From Desulfocapsaceae bacterium (lineage in GTDB: Bacteria; Desulfobacterota; Desulfobulbia; Desulfobulbales; Desulfocapsaceae), in contig JAQVER010000001.1 of the NCBI GenBank assembly GCA_028697885.1, positions 19,970 through 83,969 on the forward strand: a stretch of DNA of 64,000 nt. The letters run 5' to 3'. Under the pieces are notes generated by a model. The model did no database searches. It was not told where the DNA came from and saw nothing but the letters and a program-made list of their open reading frames with translations. The position numbers and the translations under genes are program-made. Below are positions 1-8,524 of the stretch, piece by piece. Each line of letters starts with the position of its first letter. The first letter of the stretch is position 1.

Positions 1-1740
1 AATATCTGAAAGGCCACGATTAATAAAACGTTTGATGTCGTTTTTATCATAGAGTTCGAGATTGGTATCAAGAACCGAGAGAGAGACCTTGATTGAATTG
101 ATCGGGTTACCCAGTTCATGGCGAATGCTGGAAAAAATAAATCCGATATTGTCCATGAGGTTTGCCGCCTCGACAATGGACTCCAGTCGTTTTTTTTCTG
201 TGATATTACGTTTGACGATCACTTGGTGGGTAATGCCTCCCATTGGATTGACAGCTGGTGAAATGAGCATCTCTTCTTCATAGAGGGTGTGATCTTTGCG
301 ATAGTTGGCAAATTGTCCCTGCCATTTTTCTCCATTCTTCAGGGCTGTTGTAATCTCTTTCCATGTGCTGCTGTCTTTGACGTTTTCAGGATAGAGGGTC
401 TTGATGTGTGTGTTGATGATTTCTGCCTGCGAATAGCCGGTGATAGTTTCGCAGGCAGGATTGGCATAAAGAATTTGGCCTGCAGGGTTGGTTATAAGGG
501 TACAGTCACTTGATTGTTCAATCACTGTTGCTAAACGGTCTCTTTCTGAACAATCCCGTTGGTTACGGATGGTCATGGCCAGGATATTGGCAATAAATTT
601 TAATCCCTGGATCTGTTGCTCGGTAAACGGAGTGGCATTTGTCAGTCTATCCGTGCCGATGATTCCCCAAAGTTCATTCTTTAACAAAATTGGGATATCA
701 AGAAAGGCCTGGACGCCGAGTTCTTTAAGCCCATTGTGTTCTTCTTCTGATATCTGAGGAGACTGATTGTTGATGATATGGCCGTTTTTCAGGAGGGCAA
801 CGCAATCAGGATTGTTAAATATCCAGCTATGATCAATAGTTGCCTGGAACTTTTTTTGCTGTCTGACTGTCTGTCTGGCGTTTGTATCTGCTTCGACGAT
901 GTAGATCCGGTCACTTTCCAGCGGCTGGCAGAGGGTGGAGAGCTTGCCGCTGAAACAGTTTTGCCAGCTGTTTTGGAGATGGGATTGGTCGGTGATGGTC
1001 AGAATGGTCTTCCAGATGGCCTCATTGCGGATCAGTCTGTGCGGAGTTCTTTGATCGGTAAATTTTTGTAATTGTTCCCTGAAGTCCTTAAGAACCTTGA
1101 GGACTTCAGGATTTTGTGATGTCGCAGAATAGAGTTCACTCCTCGGGCTTGTTTTGGGCTTATGGAGACCCCTGTGGGTAGGAGAACGAAGTGTTCTTGA
1201 ATAAAAATAGATGAAGCCCCCTTGCAAAAATGTGAGTGCAAGCAGACAAAAGGCAAGAGGAGTCGTGTCGGCAGGTGCCTTGAAGGTGAGGATGTAAAGC
1301 ATGGGGATGAGGCCGATGGCGAGAAAACAATAGGCTATTATCGGGACAGCTGCGAGGTAGGTACTGAAGAGGGCGCAGATACAAAAGAGAAACAGGGTAT
1401 GTATGGCATAGAGCAGCAGGGTGCCATTTGTGATAAGCAGAATGCTGCTTCCCCAACAGAGAGCCAGTAGTAGAGAGATGAGCAGCAGAAAACGATAGGT
1501 TTTACCGATCTTTAAAGTTGATCCTCGATGGGCGTAGGCAATCAAAAAAATATATAAGCAGGAGAGGCAGGTGTAACCGAGTATTCCGGATACAAGAAGA
1601 GTTTTAGGGAGTGCCTTCCATAAAATGGTTGTTTCCATAAATACCGCCGCGAGAGCTGCCAGCTGGATATGAGGGCCATAGAGATAAAGACCTCGCAGGG
1701 CGTTGTGGAAAGGTCTGGTAGAGCCAGAGATGGATGACAT
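1..1740 (-). CDS. Sensor histidine kinase, N-terminal 580 codons only (polytopic membrane domain, GAF-like, PAS, HisKA H-box); the ATPase domain lies beyond the window start
   Basis: Not in the ORF track because it has no stop inside the window. My reverse-strand translation from ATG 1740..1738 stays open to base 1: MSSISGSTRPFHNALRG..., then about 6 hydrophobic helices, then LATVIEQSSDCTLITNPAGQILYANPACETITGYSQAEII (PAS) and FIFSSIRHELGNPINSIKVSL (H-box). I spot-checked the frame at 541-600 and 1081-1140 and saw no stops. Confidence 0.85.
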   Translation of the reverse strand, partial: MSSISGSTRPFHNALRGLYLYGPHIQLAALAAVFMETTILWKALPKTLLVSGILGYTCLSCLYIFLIAYAHRGSTLKIGKTYRFLLLISLLLALCWGSSILLITNGTLLLYAIHTLFLFCICALFSTYLAAVPIIAYCFLAIGLIPMLYILTFKAPADTTPLAFCLLALTFLQGGFIYFYSRTLRSPTHRGLHKPKTSPRSELYSATSQNPEVLKVLKDFREQLQKFTDQRTPHRLIRNEAIWKTILTITDQSHLQNSWQNCFSGKLSTLCQPLESDRIYIVEADTNARQTVRQQKKFQATIDHSWIFNNPDCVALLKNGHIINNQSPQISEEEHNGLKELGVQAFLDIPILLKNELWGIIGTDRLTNATPFTEQQIQGLKFIANILAMTIRNQRDCSERDRLATVIEQSSDCTLITNPAGQILYANPACETITGYSQAEIINTHIKTLYPENVKDSSTWKEITTALKNGEKWQGQFANYRKDHTLYEEEMLISPAVNPMGGITHQVIVKRNITEKKRLESIVEAANLMDNIGFIFSSIRHELGNPINSIKVSLSVLDTNLELYDKNDIKRFINRGLSDI

Positions 1741-2121
1741 ATGAGTTCGGGGTGAAGGGTAAAATTTAAAAAGTACTTATTCTAAAATAGTATTTTGCTC
1801 ACAAAGCATAGCAGAAGATGCACTAAACAACAAAAAAATGCTGGATATTTTTTGTGGCTTTAGCAAAGCAAGTGTGGTGAGAAATGCTTGCTGAGATGAA
1901 GGTTTAAATAATTGTTGCAATAATTGGTTGATATTGTAAGTAAAATAATATTGAAGAGTGTTTTTGTTGTGGAAAAGTATAATTATTTTTATTTTTATGG
2001 GTCGTTAATGAGGCGGCGATATGGCGTTGCGCTGCGTAACATATTGATATTATATTGAAAATATTTATATATCATGTTTGGCATAAGAAATGCTATATAT
2101 GTTGTATCTCTTCTCTCCTGG

Positions 2122-2156
2122 AAAAAGCCGGTCCGCTCTTGTGTGACTGGCTTTTT
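2122..2156 (+). terminator. Terminator-like hairpin in the leader about 20 nt upstream of the DUF362 CDS
   Basis: AAAAAGCCGGTC-(11 nt)-GACTGGCTTTTT. The core stem is 7 bp with one G-U pair, and it is followed by TTTTTCTATTTC. Confidence 0.35.
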
Positions 2157-2175
2157 CTATTTCTAGGGTTCCTGT

Positions 2176-3132
2176 TTGTTAAAGTCTATCCCTCTTATGG
2201 TTGCATCTATCCCTGTTTGTCTTGAGCGTTGCCAAGGGTATGAACGTAAGGTTCTGCAGTCTGTGCTTGAGCGAGTCATGCCGTGTATTGGGGAGTTAAA
2301 CCTGTCACCTGGCACCAGGGTATTGTTGAAGCCCAATCTGATCAGCGCCCGCGCTCCGTCTCTTGCCTGTACCCATGCCGGCTTTGTTGCTGCGGTTGCT
2401 ACCTGGTTTCTTGATCATGGTTGTCGAGTCGTGATCGGTGATTCGCCAGCTTTTGGCAGTGCCATGGATGCAGTAAAGCGCCAGGGAATTGCCAGGGCCG
2501 TACGAGGGATGAATATCCAGGTTGTCGAATTTGCATCTGTTGTATGCAGGCGCTTGCCAAGCGGAATTTCCGTTGGTATTGCCGCAGAGGCTCTTGACTG
2601 TGATCTTTTGGTGAATCTTCCCAAGATTAAGGCTCATGACCAGATGTATGTAAGTATGGCAGTGAAAAATATTTTTGGTATAGTGAAAGGGCCGCGCAAG
2701 TCCTGGCTTCATATGCGGCATGGTAGTTCGCATCTTGAGTTTGCCAGGATCATCCTGGACCTTCAAGAATTTTTGCCTGAGAACATTACCCTTGCTGATG
2801 GTATTGAGGTGATGCACAGGCATGGCCCTATGGATGGAGAGTTGCTTTCTTTAGGGTGTCTTGCCGGCTCAAAAAGCCCGGTGGCCCTTGATACAGCGAT
2901 ATTGGCACTTCTTGAGCTGGAACCAGGAAGAAGCCCATTGTGGCGTGTTGCCAGAGAGCGCGCCTTGTCTGGTGCACAGCTTTCCGGGATAGAGTTTCCT
3001 TTATTGGCACCGGCTGACTTTTTCGGTTCAGGCTTTGTGGCTCCGGAAATCTTAAATCCTGTACGTTTCAGGCCGCTGCGATATGTTTTTAATTCCTTGA
3101 AGCGAGTTGTTCTTGGCTTGCATCGGGAATAA
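2176..3132 (+). CDS. DUF362 domain-containing protein
   Basis: The 318-aa ORF has a TTG start in the track; an ATG at 2197 (MVASIPV...) is an alternative. Segments VLLKPNLISA, GDSPAFGS and LVNLPKIKAHDQMYVSMAVKNIFG are typical of DUF362 as I remember it. Confidence 0.75.
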   Translation: MLKSIPLMVASIPVCLERCQGYERKVLQSVLERVMPCIGELNLSPGTRVLLKPNLISARAPSLACTHAGFVAAVATWFLDHGCRVVIGDSPAFGSAMDAVKRQGIARAVRGMNIQVVEFASVVCRRLPSGISVGIAAEALDCDLLVNLPKIKAHDQMYVSMAVKNIFGIVKGPRKSWLHMRHGSSHLEFARIILDLQEFLPENITLADGIEVMHRHGPMDGELLSLGCLAGSKSPVALDTAILALLELEPGRSPLWRVARERALSGAQLSGIEFPLLAPADFFGSGFVAPEILNPVRFRPLRYVFNSLKRVVLGLHRE

Positions 3133-3230
3133 TAATAGTTTTAAGTGTACAGATAAGATCTGGCATAACAGATAATGAGAATTGCCAATACACGGCTTTA
3201 ATTTAATCTATTTTTACTGGGATATATGTC

Positions 3231-3983
3231 ATGTTTGATTTACAGGGAAAAGTCGCTTTGGTAACAGGTGGGTCACGCGGAATCGGAAGGGCAATTGCCA
3301 TCCGGTTGGCGGAAAACGGTGTGCAAGTAGTGGTGAATTACGTGCGGCATAAACGTGATGCCGAAGAAACGGCAAACGTCATAGAACGGCAGGGTGGTCG
3401 TTGTCTCCTGGTTAAGGCGAATGTGGCTGAAGAGTCTGATGTTGAGGCAATGTTTGAGGTTATTGCCAAGGAGTTCGGTGTAGTGGATATTCTGGTTTCC
3501 AATGCTGCCTCTGGGGTTCTGAAGCCGGTCATGGAACTTACTCAGCGTCACTGGGACTGGGCTATGGATATCAATGCCAGGGCTTTGCTGACCCTGGTGC
3601 AGAAGGGTTTTCCACTGATGAGCCGGGGAAGCCGGGTATTGGCGGTCTCCAGTCTCGGTGCCACTCGGGCTATTGAAAATTATACAACAGTGGGTGCTTC
3701 CAAAGCCGCTCTTGAGTCTCTCGTGCGGCATCTGGCTGTTGAGTTTGGCCCAGAGGGTATTAATGTGAATACCATTAGTGCCGGTGCGGTGGATACGGAT
3801 GCCTTGAAAAAATTTCCCAATCGCGATGAAATTCTTGAGACGGCCTTGCGACGAACTCCGCTGGGCCGTCTCACCACCCCCGATGATGTCGCAGATGTGG
3901 CATTGTTTCTCTGTTCGCATCTGGCCGCAATGATTCAGGGGCAGGTGGTTACTGTGGATGGCGGCTATGCTATCAGAGGGTAA
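3231..3983 (+). CDS. fabL: Enoyl-[acyl-carrier-protein] reductase, FabL type (SDR family)
   Basis: The N-terminus is TGGSRGIGRAIAIRLAENG. NAASGVLKPVMELTQRHWDWAMDINARALL and ENYTTVGASKAALESLVRHLAVE...AVDTDALKKFPNR are nearly collinear with my memory of Bacillus subtilis FabL. Confidence 0.8.
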   Translation: MFDLQGKVALVTGGSRGIGRAIAIRLAENGVQVVVNYVRHKRDAEETANVIERQGGRCLLVKANVAEESDVEAMFEVIAKEFGVVDILVSNAASGVLKPVMELTQRHWDWAMDINARALLTLVQKGFPLMSRGSRVLAVSSLGATRAIENYTTVGASKAALESLVRHLAVEFGPEGINVNTISAGAVDTDALKKFPNRDEILETALRRTPLGRLTTPDDVADVALFLCSHLAAMIQGQVVTVDGGYAIRG

Positions 3984-4028
3984 TGGGTAAGGATCTTGTT
4001 AAAAATGATGGTTGAATAGTAAGGTGTT

Positions 4029-4658
4029 ATGTACAATTCGTCATGCAAAAGGAAACTGCAGCCAATCTATCGTAGCTGTAAATCCTTGATTCTGGCGTCA
4101 GCTTCACCTCGCCGGCAAGCATATCTCTTGGACCTTGGGATGGAATTTCGTGTCCAGAGTGCTGATATTGATGAAACACCATTTCCGGAAGAAAAGCCCC
4201 ATGCTTTTGTTCGACGTATGGCTGTGGATAAAGCCAGACCTATTATGGATCTTTATCCTGATGCTTGGGTTGTCGCCGCAGATACGGTGGTCAGCCTTGC
4301 AGATATCATTTTGGGAAAACCAAAAGACAGCGAGAATGCTGTGTCTATGTTGATGCAACTTTCCGGGATGGAGCATTGGGTGCAGACTGGGATATGCCTT
4401 GCCTGCCGTCAGGAAGAGGTTGTTGCTGTACAGTCGGTGAGTACCCGTGTTGTTTTCAATTCTTTCCCTGAGAAAGTGGCACAGGCGTATGTGGCAACCG
4501 GGGAACCTCTTGACAAGGCTGGTTCTTATGGGATTCAGGGCAAAGGGGCTTTTCTGGTTAAAGAGATTGAGGGCTCTTATTCAAACGTGGTGGGTTTACC
4601 GTTGTGTGAACTGTTGTTGATGCTTGAAAGCCATGGTGTAATTGCTGTTGCAGCATAA
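4029..4658 (+). CDS. maf: Maf-like nucleoside triphosphate pyrophosphatase / septum formation protein
   Basis: Shows LILASASPRRQAYLLDLG, ADTVV..ILGKP and GAYGIQG-like SYGIQGKGAFLVKEIEGSYSNVVGLP. Confidence 0.9.
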   Translation: MYNSSCKRKLQPIYRSCKSLILASASPRRQAYLLDLGMEFRVQSADIDETPFPEEKPHAFVRRMAVDKARPIMDLYPDAWVVAADTVVSLADIILGKPKDSENAVSMLMQLSGMEHWVQTGICLACRQEEVVAVQSVSTRVVFNSFPEKVAQAYVATGEPLDKAGSYGIQGKGAFLVKEIEGSYSNVVGLPLCELLLMLESHGVIAVAA

Positions 4659-5082
4659 TTTTTCATGAAAGCAGAGTGGGGCTGGCTGCCAGATGAGCCC
4701 ATGTAACGGTATGTCTCAATATCGTTACCAATGACGTGATTTGAAATGGGTTGAAGAGGGGCAAGAACTTGTGCAGAATAGATCAGGAAGAGCTTTGTGA
4801 GACGGATTCTGAGCCTTTGTCAAAAAATAACTGTAACTAGGCGGTAGTCATCATAACGGACCGCAATGAAAGTGATAAAGATATAACGGTTATTTCTTAA
4901 CCGCCCTTAAATAACAGGCCGCATTCCTTGACTTTTACGGTTTATTTGTGGTAGGCCAGTAATGATAATGATACGAATAAACTCTTTGCGGTGAGATTGG
5001 TGAATAGATGACAATTTATGAATGCAAGGGTTTTGAACAGTGAATAAAATCAGTATCTTGAAAAAGCATACAGGGTATTTTT

Positions 5083-8000
5083 ATGGTAAGTGTTGATCGG
5101 CAGCAGCACGCTTTAGAGGTCTTAAAGTATATCAACAAGGCGATCACTAATCTCCGCCTTTATCCTGAGCAGTCTGTACAGGTTGGTAATACAGTGGAGA
5201 AGGCCTACTCAGAGTTGAAGATCTTTTTACGTCTGTATGGAACCCTCAACTTTGGCTTGCACAAAGGTGTGCCGACTCTCGATGGCGTTATTTTTGAGAG
5301 AAGAGGAAGGGAACAGTTGGATGACTTGTCCCTGGTGGATTTTCTGGATAAGGCTGGACTTACGGGTATGACTCTGGTTCAAGGGCTTGACCGTAAACGA
5401 TTTAAGCAAATATTGTCTTTTTTTACCACCCATCACGAGCAGATTCAAAAATCCGGAGGGGTTGCTGCCTTTGTGAAAGACTCTGGCTTGGGCGCTGTTT
5501 TTCTTGGAGATAGTGATAGTGATGTGGTTCAGGAGCAGATTGTTACTCACAGCCTTAGTGATTATCTGCAACAATTAATGGTGAAGGGGGTTCGGCAGGA
5601 TCAGTTTCGTTCTTTACTCCGGCAGGGCGAGAATTGGCAGCAGAATGAGGATATAAGAAACGAATTGACAGGGGCAGATAAGGGTGTTGATGTCTTTGCC
5701 GCCGCTGTTTGTTTTGTGCTTCAGGATTTGCAACGGGCAGGTATCTATGAAGTTTCTCCTGGTTTTCGCCAGTTGTTGGAGAATATGACCGTTGCCTTGA
5801 AAGAAGAGGAAATTCGACAGGTCGCAGCTGGAGCTGCCTCGAAGTTGACTGTAAATCTTGATACGGCCTCCATGGCGCTGCTTGTTTGTCAGAGCTTTGC
5901 AACGCGTTTTGGTGAATCGTTTTTTGCCAGTCTTATGGCCTCCATTGACAAAGAATGCTTTCGCTCTCTGGTTGGTTTCTTGAGACAGGAAGGAGAGAGG
6001 CTGGATGGATCTCTGAGTCAGGTAGATGCAGAGTCCAGCCAACTAGTGAATGAGGCTTGTCAGCGCCTGATGGAAACGGGCAAAGGACGGCAGCTGCATG
6101 CCATAGAAAACATGGGCATGACGGAAAAACAACGGCAAAGTAAGCGGTTGCAGGCGGGATTGATCGCACTTACTCGAGGCAATCTGGATGGGCTAAGAAA
6201 CAAAGAGATATTGCTGCATCTCCCTGTCACTTTTGAGCGATTGATAATAAATAAAAAAGAAAATGTTGCTGCTGCCATTATCCAGACCCTTGTGGGGGGA
6301 CTCAAGCTTGAAGATGAGGAGTTGCGTCTTCGTTCAGGGCAGAGTCTTGGTTTAATTGGGGAGAAGTTGGTTGCCATGGATTATTGGGGGTGGTTGGAAA
6401 AATTAACCCCTACATTTCTTTTCTGGCTAAGACGCTCTGAAGATGTAGATGATGCCAGCACTCTGATTGTTAAGGTTTTACAGGACATTCTGACCCATGC
6501 TCAAAAAACAGGAAATGAGGATCTGGTTGATAAGATACTTCCCCTCTTCTATGCTATTCGCTCCGGGGCTTTAGGAAAAACAATAGAGATGAGGAATCTG
6601 GTGGGCCAGATTCAGGATAAGGCTGTTGACCGAAGCGTCCTTCAGGCCTACCTTGACGAGTCTTTTGAGAAACCGATTAAAGCGATGTGTTGTCAGAAGA
6701 TTGTTATGCATGGTCCGTTGGGAATCCAGTTTTTGTTGGACTCATTGTTAACCAACAACAGTAGGCCAGAGCGGATCCGGCTGTTGAAAATTCTTGCTGG
6801 TGTCGGTGGAGATTTTTCCTCACTTCTTCTGGCGCGATTGCAGGAGCCCATGCCCTGGTATGGAAAACGTAATCTGATCAGGTTACTGGCTGCAACTGGC
6901 AATGAAGAAGATGTTGTTGCTGTGCAGGGATATCTTACCCATGATGACCTTCGAGTTCAAAGTGAGGCCCTGGCCTGTATTTATAAACTCAGTGATCAAA
7001 AGAAGAAACAGTATCTTCTTGATGCGCTACCGCGGATCAGTGAAAAATTGAAGTTTCAGGTGGTTCAGGCCTTGGCCGCAGTGGTGGACGAAGAGGTGGT
7101 CGAGGTCCTGATTGAACTATTGCAGGATGAAAAGTATTTTTCCGATGATATCAAAACAACACTTCTGGTCAGTATCTGTGAGACTTTGGGGCGGAGTGGT
7201 TCTGCTCAGGCACAGAAGGTCCTGCAGAGCATGTCGGGAAAAGAAAATGTCCGTTCTAAAAAGATGACCAAAGAAGTATGGCAGGCAGTCCAGCGGGGGC
7301 TGGCATTGCTTGATGTGAGTCGCAGGCAGCAGAAAGAGAGGCATGCCGAGATTCAGAAGAGCTCAAAAAACGCGGTCAGGATGGTTCAGTCCGGGCAGAA
7401 CAGGTCAGGGGTATATACCCCGGTAACAAATCTGGCCGAAGAACAGGAACTCTATACGTTGCTTGCTCAAAACAAAAAAGTAGCAGCAAAAGGACTTCTT
7501 TTGGATCTGATTTCCACCATGAGCTATCTCCGGCAGTTTGATCAGGCAGAAGTGCTTTGTCAACGTTTGGTTGAGATTGACCCCTTGGCCATGGAAGATA
7601 TTATAAAAGCTACTGAACTGGTTGCGGAACAGAGAGCCGCCAGTAGTGATCAGGGACAGAGTCTGAGCTGGGTGGAACTCTATGACTTTCTGACCACTGA
7701 TGAATTCAAAACCTTGTATTCTTCCATGGAGCAGGTAACGTTTAGTCCTGATGAGAAAATTGTGAATCAGGGCGATCTGCAGCAACGGCTTTTCTTTATT
7801 AATAAGGGACGGGTTAAGCTGTTTTCCCGGGACCTTCATGGCAATGATATTCTGTTGAAAACGCTAGGGCCAGGGGAAATTTTTGGTTTAGATTCTTTTT
7901 TTAAGGCATCCGTCTGGACCGTCAATGCGGCAAGTGTCGGCACGGTTGACGTCTTTGTCCTGCCGCACGAGGCGCTTCGTGGATGGCAGAATAGCTTTCC

Positions 8001-8448
8001 TGGTCTGGAGTTAAAACTGCAGAATTTTTGTCAGCAGCTTGTTGAGCATGATACTCTGAAAGTTATGGCCATTGATCGTCGTGGTACCGAACGATTGAAG
8101 TTCTCAGGCCGGCTTGCGATGGCTATCCTTGACGATCAGGGTAAGGAGACAGGAACTGTCTTACAGGGTGAGAACGGTGACGTTTCGATCGGTGGTATTT
8201 CTTCCACGGTCCGCATCTCTCAAAAAAGAAACATTCGTCTGTTGCTCGGGCGGAAGATAGCTGTCCGTTTAGTGGATGGGCCGATTAACAGTCCGTTGAC
8301 GTCTGGGATGGCAGGTCTTGTGGTGGCGATCTATGTTGAGGATTCGAGCCACGAAGATTCGACGGCCTATGTGCATTATTCGATCCATGTCCAATTTGAT
8401 CAGCCCATGCAGGAAGCTGATCTGGCAGTAATCGCCTCTGGTGGTTGA
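5083..8448 (+). CDS. 1121-aa multidomain protein: long HEAT/armadillo-like repeat region, cyclic-nucleotide-binding-like domain, C-terminal PilZ domain
   Basis: PBS-lyase-type HEAT repeats are present (e.g. LLKILAGVGGDF..LLAATGNEEDVVAVQGYL..ALACIYKL). A cNMP-like beta-roll lies at about 7670-7990 (FSPDEKIVNQGDLQQRLFFINKGRVKLF...GPGEIFGLDSFF). PilZ signatures are RRGTER at 8077-8094 and DVSIGG (DxSxxG) at 8179-8196. Confidence 0.8.
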   Translation: MVSVDRQQHALEVLKYINKAITNLRLYPEQSVQVGNTVEKAYSELKIFLRLYGTLNFGLHKGVPTLDGVIFERRGREQLDDLSLVDFLDKAGLTGMTLVQGLDRKRFKQILSFFTTHHEQIQKSGGVAAFVKDSGLGAVFLGDSDSDVVQEQIVTHSLSDYLQQLMVKGVRQDQFRSLLRQGENWQQNEDIRNELTGADKGVDVFAAAVCFVLQDLQRAGIYEVSPGFRQLLENMTVALKEEEIRQVAAGAASKLTVNLDTASMALLVCQSFATRFGESFFASLMASIDKECFRSLVGFLRQEGERLDGSLSQVDAESSQLVNEACQRLMETGKGRQLHAIENMGMTEKQRQSKRLQAGLIALTRGNLDGLRNKEILLHLPVTFERLIINKKENVAAAIIQTLVGGLKLEDEELRLRSGQSLGLIGEKLVAMDYWGWLEKLTPTFLFWLRRSEDVDDASTLIVKVLQDILTHAQKTGNEDLVDKILPLFYAIRSGALGKTIEMRNLVGQIQDKAVDRSVLQAYLDESFEKPIKAMCCQKIVMHGPLGIQFLLDSLLTNNSRPERIRLLKILAGVGGDFSSLLLARLQEPMPWYGKRNLIRLLAATGNEEDVVAVQGYLTHDDLRVQSEALACIYKLSDQKKKQYLLDALPRISEKLKFQVVQALAAVVDEEVVEVLIELLQDEKYFSDDIKTTLLVSICETLGRSGSAQAQKVLQSMSGKENVRSKKMTKEVWQAVQRGLALLDVSRRQQKERHAEIQKSSKNAVRMVQSGQNRSGVYTPVTNLAEEQELYTLLAQNKKVAAKGLLLDLISTMSYLRQFDQAEVLCQRLVEIDPLAMEDIIKATELVAEQRAASSDQGQSLSWVELYDFLTTDEFKTLYSSMEQVTFSPDEKIVNQGDLQQRLFFINKGRVKLFSRDLHGNDILLKTLGPGEIFGLDSFFKASVWTVNAASVGTVDVFVLPHEALRGWQNSFPGLELKLQNFCQQLVEHDTLKVMAIDRRGTERLKFSGRLAMAILDDQGKETGTVLQGENGDVSIGGISSTVRISQKRNIRLLLGRKIAVRLVDGPINSPLTSGMAGLVVAIYVEDSSHEDSTAYVHYSIHVQFDQPMQEADLAVIASGG

Positions 8449-8524
8449 TATTTTAAACGCTGCTTTCCGGTCTCCATCTTTTTAGTTTTATCTCTTATTA
8501 TTCCACCAAAGGAGCTGCCTTGGT

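Noticed and set aside
62-1071. Four + strand ORFs of 73-97 aa (62..283, 289..513, 488..757, 778..1071).
   Set aside because: All are antisense to the 580-codon open frame of the edge-truncated GAF/PAS histidine kinase on the minus strand.
2074-2166. A 30-codon + strand mini-ORF (MFGIRNAIYVVSLLSWKKPVRSCVTGFFYF) covering the leader hairpin.
   Set aside because: It has no SD and its coding status cannot be supported from sequence alone. I mention it only as a possible leader peptide.
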